A stretch of 63,489 nt of DNA, filler included, from Reticulomyxa filosa (lineage: Eukaryota > Protista > Foraminifera), in assembly GCA_000512085.1 (NCBI GenBank). It is 22 parts of 22 records of this genome, joined end to end, with 100 filler letters (N's around TTAATTAATTAA, not from the genome) between each part and the next. Parts side by side here need not be neighbours in the genome. Positions count along the whole stretch, not along the records: positions 1 to 2,590 come from ASPP01028190.1; positions 2,691 to 9,088 come from ASPP01019875.1; positions 9,189 to 12,466 come from ASPP01001823.1; positions 12,567 to 15,672 come from ASPP01039691.1; 18 more parts are not named here. One strand, given 5' to 3'. Within the stretch, counting starts at the first letter, position 1, and every line of letters starts with the position of its first letter. The position numbers and the translations under genes were made by a program. The notes beneath the pieces are model-generated. The model saw nothing but the letters and a program-made list of their open reading frames with translations. It did no database searches and was not told the origin of the DNA. Of the stretch, positions 1-12,829 are shown piece after piece.

Positions 1-54
1 CCGGAATTCAAACCCTTTCGGTTCCAACTAATATAACTCTGAATTTTTTTTCTA

Positions 55-140
55 GCAAAAAAAATGAACATACTGAAGATTATCGGTTTTCTCCATGAAA
101 AATAAACATCTAAACCGAATTTTTTTAAAACGCTATCACA
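55..140 (+). repeat. Degenerate fragment of the Tc1-like terminal repeat
   Basis: AAAAATGAACA..GATTATCGGTTTTCTCCATGAAAAATAAACATCTAAACC aligns by eye with 62285-62370 and with the reverse complement of 46995-47075; the terminal CAGT is missing. Confidence 0.55.
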
Positions 141-1810
141 ATTTTTGTTCAAATTTTTGTTTGTATTGCTTTTTAATACTCACAATATACAAATCAAAAT
201 TTTAAAATGGAATTTGTGCTAAATCGTTGTCTGCGTGGTAACAAATAAAAGTTGTCCTTTTTCATTCTTTAAATATTCAATAATTGTTTTGTTTGATTTT
301 TAAAAAAATAGACATAGTTATCATGCACAACTTGACCGAAAAAGTTTTTGAAATGAACGAAGCAAATGCAATTATCTTACTCAACATATATCATATTTGA
401 AGTTTTTTTTTAGATAATGCAATGCGCAATAGATTAATATAAACAATAACTAATTTAACAAAATAAAAAAAATTAAATATAGATAAGTTAATGTCGCCTC
501 ATCATTGTGAGTACCACAATATGTAATGTCTATGTATCTATTCATCGTTCTGTGATCTATCATTTGCATCCTTTTGTCTTCTTAAGTCATGGAAAATTTA
601 AAAAGAATTGAAAAATGAAAATTATTTAAATTACAAAAAAAAATGATACTAAAATAGCTTTGTTTTTTGTTAGTGTGAATCAGTGTGCTATTAGTTTCTT
701 ATTGCATCGATTATCGACCACTCTGATTTATTCTGTAAAGTGATCTTATAATAAATAGAATTTTCTTTTTTCGAATTTGGCCTTCAATGTATTTTCTTTG
801 TCGTTTGATATCATATTCTTGACCACTTGGACTTTTTTCTGGACTTGATGTACTTTTTTTATTGCTTTTCATGTTTGCTACGGCTTCTGTAAATATCCAT
901 TTTTGTATTTACATGCCAACATGTCAATGTAGATAATTTGATTGTTTATCTACATCTTTCTTTCAAAATATCATCAGTCAACTGGCTAGTCACATGCCAG
1001 ATGATGAATTATGTTGTTTTTTTTTAAGTTCATTTTGAAACTTTATGTTTTCATTACTCAGTTTTATATTTTATTAAGATTTTTCTGATTATTTGAAAAA
1101 AATGTATACAAAAAATTGCATGAAAAATAGATTAGTCAAAACAAAACAATTAAAAAGTATAATTTACTAGTGATTGTGTTTTCATTTGATAATTAGTGTA
1201 AAATTAGTTTGAATGTCAATCATACAATTGTATTATTTCGATCAATTCGTGAAATCATTGCAAAAATAACTAGATTTAATTAAATTTAGTGAAATGCTAA
1301 AATTGTCTTTTTTTTGCATATATTAGATTTTGTGTTTTGAAAAAACTATAAAAAGATCGGAGAAGATGGAGGAAAAAAGCCATTGAAACATTTTTAAGGT
1401 GTGAATCAAGTGGACAAAACACAAAACAGACAATAAACACATGTCAGTGCTCTAAAGAAAGATATTAAAAGTGATTTTTCTTTTTTTTTGTTGTTGTTAC
1501 TTTTATGAGATAAAAGCAAACCTACAAAGCCAAACCTTTAAAGGCCCAATTCCATAAAACAAAGGATATTCAAAAAAAAGCAAAAGCCACAAAACTTCAA
1601 TTTTAACCAAAAAAACAAACAAGGACAGCGTATATTAAAAATCACCATTGCGGGCACGTTGCCTTATGTCTATACAAACAACAAAGAGGAGATGTGCCAG
1701 AGAAGCAAAGACAGAAAAGAAGAGTACATTACTTTGGTTTTGCACATTAGGGATATTGTGTTCAGGATGAGCGTGCGTGGTCCATTGTACGGTGGGATGG
1801 GAGGCGGTTT

Positions 1811-2590
1811 TCAGAAATGCAGGGTTTGGACTCGCGCGAATGTCTCGCGTGTTTCGCTGTTGTCAATTTGTACAAGATTTTGTCGCCACTTTTTTTTTAA
1901 AAAAAAATGTAAAATAGTAACGTCGTGTCTTTGTTTTTCTTTTTGCGACGAAAAAGGGTCGTATCGCACGTTGTCGTCGACGAGTAGTGTCGCTTCTGCT
2001 ACTGCTGCGGATGCTAGTTGTCTGTATTGACGTTCACGTGTGCGGAAATCTTCATGTTTGAAATGACGACCTTCTTGTCGCATTAGACCCGTTCTTGGTG
2101 GTCTTTGTTGTTGGTCTCTTTCAATCCAATTCTTGCCTGCCAAATTGTCTCTTCCTCTTCCTCTATTTACATCTCTATCTCTGCCACGTCCTCCTCGTTC
2201 TCTCAGTCCTCCATCACCACGTTCACGCTCATTTCGATAATCGAATATCTCCTCCATCTGCACAGCATTCTCCACAAGCAATTTAGCCAGCTCAGTCTTT
2301 TATTTGCAAATAAATATATTATATATATGCATATATATAATATATTATATATGTGTATATATATGCATATATATAATATAAAATCACTTGTTGCATTTGT
2401 AATTGTGTTTGCAAATGTTGGATGTGATCATCTTTTTCCAACATTTTTTGTTGCAACGAATGAATGTGATTGTCCACCAATAGCAAATGGGCTTGCATGT
2501 GTAACGTGCAATGCTCACTTTGGGTTTGCTCGAACAGTGGTGTGTCGCAACCAAACTTTTGGAAGCAACAATACACTGGCTTCAGTCGAC
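1811..2590 (-). CDS. 3' part of a TRAF-type zinc finger plus coiled-coil protein with an Arg/Gly/Asp-rich tail (5' partial)
   Basis: Exon to 2388 reads ..VYCCFQKFGCDTPLFEQTQSEHCTLHMQAHLLL.. (C-x-F-xxx-GC..H..H, TRAF-like Zn finger), then coiled coil. Phase-0 GT-AG intron 2297-2387 joins in frame to TELAKLLVENAVQ... 3' end uncertain (possible extra short intron near 1890-1922). Confidence 0.55.
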
Positions 2591-2690
2591 NNNNNNNNNN
2601 NNNNNNNNNNNNNNNNNNNNNNNNNNNNNNNNNNTTAATTAATTAANNNNNNNNNNNNNNNNNNNNNNNNNNNNNNNNNNNNNNNNNNNN
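2591..2690. other. Artificial contig linker N44-TTAATTAATTAA-N44 (first of 21 copies)
   Basis: Identical 100-bp spacer with stops in all six frames, starting at 2591, 9089, 12467, 15673, 17580, 27722, 29842, 31861, 32994, 35176, 36698, 38689, 42206, 46863, 51261, 52699, 54500, 57477, 58768, 59989 and 62129. Adjacency across a linker carries no biological meaning. Confidence 0.98.
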
Positions 2691-3844
2691 ATATATATAT
2701 ATATATGTTATATAACTTATATATTTATTGATAGCAAGAAAATTAACTCGTAAAAAAAAATGATCGTTGACGTGTCGAATTTGTTTGGAAATGAGAACAA
2801 TGAAACCAAATTCCAAAACAAAAACCCAAAACGAGAAAAGCAGTTCTGCCAAAATGCTGACCCATATTCTCAGCACAACCATGAGTGTAATGATCGCTGC
2901 CAACGCTAGCAGTTGGAACCCAAAGATTTTATGGCTGTTGCCAAATATGTGGTGATATTTCAAAAAGATCGACTTGCGACTGTAGTCCACCCCAAACTCT
3001 TCTCGCAGTGATTCCAGCGATATATGTCGGTGGAAATCGTAGTCCGCCCGAAGCAGCCAAAATCTTTTATGTGGTTTATTTATTTTTTTTTACATTACGT
3101 ATAAGCAACGTAATACACATAATAGGAAAAATTATAAAAGCATGTTTTTAAAAATAAAATTAAAAAAAAAAAACTTTTTTTAAAATGGTATTACACATAT
3201 ACAAAAGGGAGAGTGGAAAAAAAAAAAAAATAAATAATGAAATAAAAACTTGAATGTTTTGAGCTGGTAGAATCCCCAAAAAAATAACCAAAATAAAAAA
3301 TGAGTGAACAAATCGACATCCGGGGTGAAGTAAATCGGTTTGTCACTTGCTTTCTGTTTTTCGCTGACGTTATAAAAATACAAAAATACGTTTGCAATCG
3401 CTTCCTCAATTAACACCGGAAATGCAAAAAATATGTAGGAGGACACTATGTACAACGGCCGCCGAGATGTTATCGCACGACGGCATTTTGAATGAGATTG
3501 AAATGTCCACAATAAATACAACCAATAACAACACATTCCGACGCAACCAAATGTAAATACTATTCACACATACATATATACATGCATACAGAGGTATACA
3601 TATTGGCGTCCATATATGTAGGCGTACAAGTATTTATATAATTTTTTTCGCTTGTCACTTTCATTGCCTTTGTACTGTTTCCTTTTTTTATGCACTTCCT
3701 TTTTTTTTTTACCCCTTCTTTTAGTTTGCTAGTGCGCCACCACAAAACATATGAAAACAATTTATTTAAAAGGCAGGTCATACCCAACAAGATTATTACA
3801 ACAGGCTTTTCTGCTCCCGTTTGCAAATATGTGTAGCCCATCAC
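2691..3844 (-). CDS. N-terminal multi-pass membrane region, probably a 7TM-RGS-type protein (3' partial)
   Basis: At least three exons (~3841-3715, ~3560-3390, ~3063-2750) with hydrophobic helices and the motifs SRRP, RFWLL.D and RHVNDHFFLR, which resemble protist 7TM-RGS proteins. The RGS domain itself is not on the contig. Confidence 0.45.
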
Positions 3845-4365
3845 TGTCAGTTTAGAAACTTTTTCTTGCTTGGTAAAAGAGATTCAAAGTTGCCAGGTTG
3901 ACCTTTTTCAAAAACAAGACGTTGGAAGTTAGATTATGTGCTTCACACTTTGCGGTAGTCTTTTGAAAAACTCAATCTGAGAATTGCAAGCATATACAAT
4001 GGAACAATTTAAAGATGGCCTTTATTTTTTTTGCCATTCCAAAGCAAAATTATGTTTCTGTTTTGGCTTGATTATTTCTGCAAAGGAAAATGAAAAACTC
4101 CATTGATAAAAAATTCCCACACGAGGCTAAACGTTTTCGTACAAAACTACTTTTGGAATTGGAAACCCTTTTGACGCAAAACATTTTAAGCCAATTCAGA
4201 TGGATTATTCGTGGCTCTGATTACCTAAATCTACTGTAAAGAAAACGTTTCAGATTTGAAATTTCTTTTTGAACAAGATTTAGTTTTAAACTTGGGCGTT
4301 CGACTTGCAATTGCAAACGGTCACTATACTTGTATTTCTTTCAGAAAAGATAAAATCGGTGACGG

Positions 4366-5544
4366 ATGAACATGGACAGCAAAAAAATGCAAGAAAATGA
4401 CGGAACGCACTTAGTAATAAGCGAAATACATTGTTATCTTTTTTTTTTTTTTTTGTTAGAGTGAACAAATACTCGAAATCAATACAACAGACGGAAACCA
4501 AGATAAAGATAATTTTAAAAAATTGGCTTTGGTCATTATCTATTAATTTGGGATGGATAGATGAGTTCAATAAAATTATTACGAGATATGTTGAGTACAT
4601 TGCATATACTTACAAACGTAATTGTTTTTAGTTGCTATAAAAATGCTGAATGTGCAAAATTTTTAACAGGCTAAACACTTTAAACTGTTAAGAGTATTTC
4701 AAGGACATATTGATTATGTAAGGAGTGCAAAATTTTCACCAGATGGGACAAAAATAGTGTCGGCTTCATGGGATAAAACTGTTCGAATATGGAATGTTTC
4801 GTCCGGAAAATCAATTCAAATATTGAAAGGACATTTAAACCGAGTTAATGATGCAGAATTTTCACCAGATGGAAATCTGATTGCTTCGTGTTCAGAGGAC
4901 AAGACTATTCGATTATGGAAAATGCAATCAGAAAAAGAAATGAATATATTGCAAGGACATTTAGGTAATGTAATAAGTATACAATTTTCATCAGATGGAA
5001 AAACTATTGTTTCATCCTCGGACGATAAATTAATCCGATTGTGGGACGTAGAATCAGGAATGACATTGCAAGTGTTGGAAGGACATACTAATCTTGTTCG
5101 TGATGTGAATTTTTCATCAAATGGACAATTTATTGTATCTTCTTCTTCTGATAACACAATTGGATTGTGGGATGTGAAGTTAGGCAAAAGAATAAAAGAA
5201 TTGTTAGGCCATTCAAATATTGTATATTCAGCAAAGTTTTCTCCAGATGATCGTAATATTGTATCATGTTCACATGATAACACAATACGAATATGGGATA
5301 TCCGATCAGAAAGAGAATTGAAATGTTTGAAAGGTCATTCAAATCTTGTAACAGATGTACAATATTCATCAGACCATTGTATCGTGTTCAAAAGATAAAA
5401 CAATTCGATTGTGGGATATAAAATCAGGACAAGAAGTACAGAAATTGGAAGGACATGCTTTTACAGTAACACATTGACATATCTGCAGACGGTAATACAA
5501 TTATTTCATCTTCTAATGATATAACAATTCGATTATGGGGATAA
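4366..5544 (+). pseudogene. WD40-repeat gene with N-terminal GWI.EFN.II.RY module; two frameshifts in the last repeats
   Basis: Seven GH..FS.DG..I.S.S.D.TIR.WD repeats; intron 4590-4669. Frame breaks at ~5372 (DGxT lost, ~8 nt missing) and ~5471, neither in a homopolymer; the shifted frame ends ..DITIRLWG* at 5544. Start codon and first intron approximate. Confidence 0.8.
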
Positions 5545-5935
5545 ACAATAAAAGTGTTGGTGTTCAGACGGTTTCACATGAGGTAAAAAGAATAAATTTT
5601 TTTTTAGCCATTGAAGAAAAATGTTAATTTTATTTAGTCTTCATTAATGTTTTCTTGATGTCAACATTCGGGCATTAAAACTTATGATATTGCTATATCG
5701 CTTATGTCTTTCAAAAAATTTAAATGAGCTCTTTTGAAAATTTAAGAAAAAACAGATTTAGATGTAGTTAGTGGCCAAGTGTAGTAGGGGGGAGGATTTC
5801 TTTTTGTGGCCAGTATAAATATATAATAAATTACCGTGTGAAGTGACAATTAGTTTTTTAATATTTTACATTCGACAACAAAAAAATATCGATTGTGTTT
5901 ATAATTAATCACTTTGATCTTTTTTTAAAATTACT

Positions 5936-8251
5936 TTATGCGCCCCATAGCCTTTTCCACAATTGGATAGTTTTTTTTGTAGGTGATGCAATGAGACTTC
6001 CATCTAGTGAAGCATCCAGCCCGAGTATATCCATATATAATACTAACTCTTGTGTTGTCGTTCTGAATTGGGTGTCCCACAATTGAATCCTCCTTGATGA
6101 GCATGATACAATTAGTTGACTCTCTGGTAAATATATTGCATCTTTAACATATGAAGAGTAATTTTTTCAATTGTTTCTTCTCTATTCCTGATCTTAAATC
6201 CCATATTCGAATCATATTATCTTTTGAACATGAAAGAATAAAATTACTATCCAGAGAAAACTGTGCTTTCCACACAATATCTGAATGTCCTTTCAATATA
6301 TGTATATATTCACCCGATTGCACATCCCATACACAAATTGTTGTGTCAGCAGAAGCTGATACAAGTAGTTGACCATCAGATGAAAACTGTAAATAATTGA
6401 TTACACGTGAATGCCCTTGAAACAGTTTTATTTCTTTCCCGGATGTAAAATCCCAAATTCGAATTGTGGTATCTGCCGAACAAGAAGCAATAGTAGCACA
6501 ATCAGGTGAAAATTGAGCACTTGTTACTTGATCTGAATGTCCAGTTAATGTTATAATTTCTTTTCCAGATTTTACATCCCACAATCGAATAGTTTTATCA
6601 TTTGAACATGATACAACCATTCTTCCATCAGGAGAAAATTGTGCATCGTTCACTTTGTCTGAATGTCCTCTCAATATTTGAATTTCTGTTCCTGATTTTA
6701 TATCATATATTCGAACTGTTTGATCATTCGAAGACGAAACAATTTTGCTATTATCTCGTGAAAACTTAGCACTAGTTACAATATCCGCATGTTCGCCAAG
6801 TGTCCGCAATGGTCTAAAATAGGGCATCTATTTTTGTATTTGATATTTTGATGATAATTTTAATTTAAAAAAAAAAAAAAAAGGCAAAATTGTACCATAA
6901 TATATCGTGAAATAATCACGTTAAAATCATTAATCCATCCCATTTTGATAATAAACAATCGAATCCAATAACTAATGATCATTTCAATTTCCAATTGTCT
7001 CTATTTGTGTATATGAAAATAGCGGCTTGTATTACTAACACAAAGCGCACTACATTCATCATGACAAAAAAAAAAAAAAAAAAGCAACTTTCAGCTTTGT
7101 AATTGGAGTGGTTTGCTTTTTATTGTTAATCATTTTGTCAACATTTTTTTGTTCTCTTTTGATATCTCCAAGTTCTATTGCTTTTGCATCTTTCATAATC
7201 CATTCTCTCTCTTTTTCTGTTGGTGTTGTCATCCATTCCTTCATAGCAGTTTTTATATGTGTTAATAGCTCTTTTGTCCCATTATTTCCTCCAATGATAT
7301 GCACATATTTTTCATCTCCACTCAATATGGCAATACAACCACGTACGCCTCGGGCAAATTATGCTCAAATTTCATCCATCTATTTTCAAATATTGAATAT
7401 TTATGAATAATACTCGAAGCACCTTCTGATCCACCAAAAAAGAAAACGATCCCATTCATACATACATATCCATATCTACTGTTGTGATTTGTTGAGCAAA
7501 TTCGAAATTTATAAAATTGAAATACATTTTTATCTTCGTCATATTCAATATCCAAACCTGTGCGCTCACAAAATAATATCATGTCATGTTTTTTTTTATT
7601 AGGCTTTACAGTTGAGGATTCATTCCAAGGTTTTGATAAAAAACAATGACGCCATATAACATCAATGGCTGGTAAAGTAGTTTGTTTGACATATTGAAAA
7701 GTATGTAAATTAAATACGTCAATATTTTTTGGAGGATAAGTAATAAACAATAAATGATTATTGCTTCCACTAATCACTGCACGAATCCCTTCATAGTTTT
7801 CTTGTCTCCTGCCAATGTAAACTGGTTTGTTGTTTTTATCCCTGAGCGGAAGCCATTGATTAATCGGATTGGATAATTCTATTTCAGTTTCATCTTTTTT
7901 TTCATCGTTCGTTTTATCATTGTCCCAGACACTTACATATTTCATCACCAATGTATGCTTATATGTTCCACCTAAAGATAACAATGTGATTTCATTTGGA
8001 TTGCTTGGATTTATCCATTTTACGATACAATGCCCAATTAATATGGTATTCTTTGGATACGAACAGATAAGTTTATATTGGCTTTTAAGTGTATGATAAG
8101 AATAGCACTGTCTTTTATATACACCTCCACAAATGAGAATTTCATTATTATACGAAACACCTTGACTTTGGTAAAGTGAAACAGGTAGAGCGGGTAAAGT
8201 TTCAAAGCGAGTTTGCATATTTTGTTTGATATTAGTATCATTTAAATCCAT
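5936..8251 (-). CDS. Kelch-like beta-propeller + GWI module + WD40 fusion gene (two frameshifts; possibly a pseudogene)
   Basis: Exon 1 8251-7089: Kelch-like GG motifs (ILICGG, LLSLGG, FFFGG, HIIGG) with a 1-nt frameshift at ~7345. Phase-0 introns 7001-7088 and 6828-6895 flank a 105-nt exon RQLEIEMIISYWIRLFIIKMGWINDFNVIISRYIM. WD40 exon 6827-5936 has a frameshift in a 6-base run at 6162-6167 and ends KRLWGA*. Confidence 0.8.
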
Positions 8252-9188
8252 CTTCGGTGTTGACGGATATTGATTGTTTGTATGTCAGTTTCTAAGGTTT
8301 TTACGAGATTATTATATATTTAATTTTTTTGAAGGATTGAACTTGTAAAAACGTTCACTTGGTTGGACCAGTTTTATTTTTTTATTTTGAATAGTACGAT
8401 TGAGAAAGAATTTTTTTTATTAAGCTAGTTTTAAAAAAGTAAGTCCTAAAGTTTCACTGTATTTGTACATCTTGATTATCACAAAACAAGCTAAACTTGA
8501 CAAAATGACAACCTATGTTTACAAATATCTATGTAATTTGTCAAACATTTCAACTTTGGACGTGTTGAAATGATCTATTAAAAGAGGACAACTTTTCGCT
8601 GACTTTGGTTTCATTTCGAACTTGAGTTTTCAACAACGACAAACAACATATCATAATTAAGTTTGGACTTCAAAGTTGCAGAAATGACATTATATTGATT
8701 TTTTTTAAAAAAAAGTGTAATGCATGAACAAAATTTTGGAGTGCATATATAACATTAGATATAATATATTTATCAACTAGGGTAGTGCATAAGTGTATAG
8801 AAGGTTTGGCTTCTATTCAAATTGCCTAGGATTTGATATAGCTGCAGTAAAAACGGACGATGAGATGACGGCACTACTGTTATACATTGAGTATGATGGT
8901 CAATGATATAACCTCAGTTTAAGATGAATACATTAGACACATAGTATGGCGACATCTATGTATTACTATATGTAATTGTTGGGTGGGAGGTTCAGTGTTA
9001 AGTCTTAAACTGTAACTAGTCATTAATCAGGGCGTAGGGATAGGGTATATTGTACAGATTAAATCACCATCTTAAATATTTTTTTTTTNNNNNNNNNNNN
9101 NNNNNNNNNNNNNNNNNNNNNNNNNNNNNNNNTTAATTAATTAANNNNNNNNNNNNNNNNNNNNNNNNNNNNNNNNNNNNNNNNNNNN

Positions 9189-12100
9189 ATTAGTGCATCA
9201 TAGCCTCCAAATCGAATGCATTCGACAAAACTACTGTTTGTAGTGCAATGTACATAACGTGCTTGATCATTTTCACCATTGTGAAGTAATACAAACTCTC
9301 CCCCAGAGGCTCTAGCAATTTGCATTGGAAATTGCACAATCACTTGTCTTATGAAATCATCTCCACTTTTGGAAGGACTGTGATTTTTCACTAATTTCAA
9401 AACATCTTTCAGATCAATTTGTTTGTTTGTGCTATCAATCACAAGATGTGCACATTGCCAATCCAAATGCGTAAATATTTTTTTGGTATCATGACTGACT
9501 TTGTCACACGAATGCGACACCAATTCGGATGCTTGTGTTATTCTTTCTCTCGATATCCATGATGACGACGACGATGATTTATTTTCATTTGCATCCAAGA
9601 GAACAGATGAATGAAGAGTCAATTTGGGTTGTGAATAAAATTCTGGTTTGGATCCAAATTTGTCCAAGCTGTACTCGATGTACTCCAATTTGCTTGACTT
9701 TTTTGTTCGAATTTTTTCCCCATTTCTTGGCGAATTTTTATACGTTAAGTTGATATATAATTGTGATTTTTTCAAGGATACTTGCAATGGCAAGCAGTAG
9801 AGAACAAACTGGTCATTCAAAAAGAGAATATATATTTGTTGTTGAGGAAGCAGTTTGAATCGAATATCATTTATTCCATTTGATGTAAATTCTTTTGGCA
9901 ATGTCAAACTGCTAACAAGTTCTTTGGAGTCATCAAGAATATAGAAATCACATTGCACTAAATCGATTGTCTCCCCAGGTATTTGGATTGCATTGTGCTT
10001 GGTCGTTGGGGATTTTTCTTTTTTTTGTTCTTCTTCTTCTTCTTCTTTTTGTTCTTGAGGTTTTATTCCAACAATGTATCCTCCTTCCAATGTCACCATT
10101 ACTTTGGAGTATTGCTTTTCACAAACAATTTCGCGTTCATTATTAAATAGGCCAGTATGCAAAGCAACACAACGGATTGTCTTTTTGTTATCCAAAATGT
10201 ATAAATTGTCGTCTTTGTTGTCAAAACACATGCTCGTGACATAAAAGTCATCAGATGACTTACGTTCTCTCAAATTAATGGTTTTGTTTCTTAATTGTTG
10301 CAAAGAGTCTGTAATTCGTTCATTCCATTTGTATACATGAATAAGTTGTCTTGCACGTTCATACAATACCATTAAATGTTTTTGCTCACTCAAAGCAGCT
10401 AATGTTATTTTGCCTCGTAATTCTCGTGCCCCTTTTTTTATATCTATTTTGTTTATTGAAGATAAGAAAATGTTGGTGATACAATTTTGATTGTATTGTT
10501 CACTCCACACATCTTGTTTGCTTGCTTTTTGTCGTTATCACTGTATTTTTCCTCTTTGCTGGTTTCCTCGTCCACTGGTAAGGAGTCGGACACATTTTTG
10601 TCAATGGAAACCACCAACACCATATCATTGTTGGCCAATCCATACGTGAATACCAATTCTCCATTGCCACGAATATCAAAGTCCTTGTTTTTTTGCATCG
10701 CTTCTTTGAAATCCAAATTTTTGGGTTTTGAACCTTGTGTGATAAAATGACCAAATGAAAATGTCAAATATTGAATTGGCTTTACTTTTCTGCCAATGCT
10801 TCCTTTTAATTCGTTATTATAGCATTTTTCTATAACACAGGACAATGGATTATCATTATTCATTCTTTCATTTAATTTTTTCAAAAATTCTTTGTTTAAT
10901 TCCAACTCTCGCTTTGGCTTATCGTCGCCATATTTTTTTTTTCAATTCTTGTTCAAAAGCAGTGATAAATATTTCTGAATTTACTTTGCTCGATGGGCTG
11001 AAGTATTCATAAATGTCACCAAATTCCGCTATCCATTTTATTTGATAGGGTGAATAGTCATAGTCTGCAAGTCGGTTTTTAAGTTCTTCTGTCAATTGCA
11101 TTTTTGTCAACAATCCGAGAAACGGTTTGGGTAACTTGGGTATGCCGAATTTATGACGTTTATGCGAATTTTTGGCTTCGATTTTGTTGCCGTCAGACTG
11201 TTCCTCGTTGTTTTTTCTTTCTTCTTTGTCTTTTTCTGTTCCCTCCTGTTTTTCTTTTGATTTTGATTGGCTACTTTTTTTTTGTTTTCAAGTTCCTCCT
11301 TTACTTTCGTGTGAACAGTATTCAAATCTTTTTCATAATCTGTGCACAATTTCTTGATACTAGTATCCAAACTTTTAACATCCTTGTCGTTTAAAAGTAG
11401 ATTGTACAGTGTATTGTTTGAGATCTGTTTTAAGTCATTATCAAAGTCTGAAATCTGTGCTAAGGCTCTGAAACCCTTGCTAAAATGTTCTGCCGAAACG
11501 GAGTCACTACGTTGGGCAGAAAAATAAGCATTGATTTTTTCGTTTGACAATTCCTTTGCTATTTCTCTTAGCTCTTCAAGATTGCTATCCTTGTATTTGC
11601 AGACCCATAATTTTCTATAGTCATTCTCCAACTCCGTTTTTTTAGAATTATATTGTTGTTGTGCTGTTGCGTGTGCTGCGTGCATTAGCTTGTCATAATC
11701 CTTTGTTATAAGACGTAACCGTTCGTTGAATTCCTAGTCCATTTACCGACAACAAAAAAAAAAGCATATAAATAACATATGTACGTATATAATATCATAT
11801 CAATTAAAAAGAAAAAAGTTGGAACCTCAATCAATTCAGGGCAAATGACCTCCGCGATAATAGCTGCCTTTTCCCACGTATCAAATGCACCATCCAAAAG
11901 TTTTAATTGATGTGTTTTTGTGATTTGTTTAATGCAATTGATCAGTTCTTCTTTGCTTGAAGATGTAAATTGAAGTGGCTTTGGTTCGATCACATGTCGT
12001 TGAATAGAGCAATGACATATGATAGTGGATTGTGCTCCTTCGATTGCAAATGCACGCTTTGATATAACACTTCCTATTAAATTACCTTGCTTTCTTTCCT

Positions 12101-12466
12101 TCGCAATTGGAAATGACTGCATTTCTTCAACATTGTAAGACACACCGTTTTTTTGTTGTTCTTTCATTTCGAGTTGAATTCCACCTCCTGTAATCTGCTC
12201 TCCTTCATTTCTGTTGTCTCGTACATAAAAATTGTCCAATTCACTTTGCGACACCTTTATGCAAACAGTCGAACAGACTTCCAACAATACTCTCAAAAAA
12301 AGGGAGGCAGCATTGCCTCGTTTAATATCTGTGAATGAGTCGGCGTCCGGCCAAAAAAATAGCACAATATCCACATTACTTGAATTAGACATCAGTTTCA
12401 ATTCTCTTGGAGTCTTGTCCAACTTCAAAAAGGCGTCTTTCAAATTAATTATTGCATACACACCCG
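9189..12466 (-). CDS. Internal fragment (>1000 aa) of a giant VLIG/GBP-like GTPase family protein, upstream of the P-loop
   Basis: Motifs LFFWPD..F.D...NAASLFLRVLLEVCSTV and VQFPMQIARASGGEFVLLHNG...CIRFGGYDAL resemble conserved blocks N-terminal to the VLIG-type G domain in fungal and plant giant GTPases. Intron 11734-11825. Three frame breaks, all in A-runs (11275-83, 10933-42, 10526-30). Confidence 0.6.
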
Positions 12467-12659
12467 NNNNNNNNNNNNNNNNNNNNNNNNNNNNNNNNNN
12501 NNNNNNNNNNTTAATTAATTAANNNNNNNNNNNNNNNNNNNNNNNNNNNNNNNNNNNNNNNNNNNNGATAAAAAAGATTATAATGGGAAAAAAAGAAAAA
12601 ATTAAAAAAAGATGACAATAGAAAAAAGGAAAAAAAATGATAAAAAGAAAAAAAAAAAA

Positions 12660-12755
12660 TAGCAAAATGGATAGAAAAAAAAAAATAGCAAAATGGATAG
12701 AAAAAAAAAAAAATAGCAAAATGGATAGAAAAAAAAAAAAGAGCAAAACATATAG
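12660..12755. repeat. Short tandem repeat (TAGCAAAATGGATAG-An) x3-4 in an A-rich contig end
   Basis: Directly visible. Confidence 0.7.
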
Positions 12756-12829
12756 AAAAAAAACGAAATGGGATGGATTAATTGAAAAAGAAAAAAATGG
12801 GAGAATATCCCACCAAAGCGCGTTGAAAA

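Noticed and set aside
2635-2646. Recurrent TTAATTAATTAA palindrome as a biological repeat, CRISPR-like array or chromosome-breakage signal
   Set aside because: It is always centred in exactly 44+44 Ns, so it is an assembly concatenation linker.
8770-9088. Compositionally distinct non-coding tract at a contig end
   Set aside because: No second copy in the window, no ORF, and no convincing structure; it may be a repeat but cannot be supported here.
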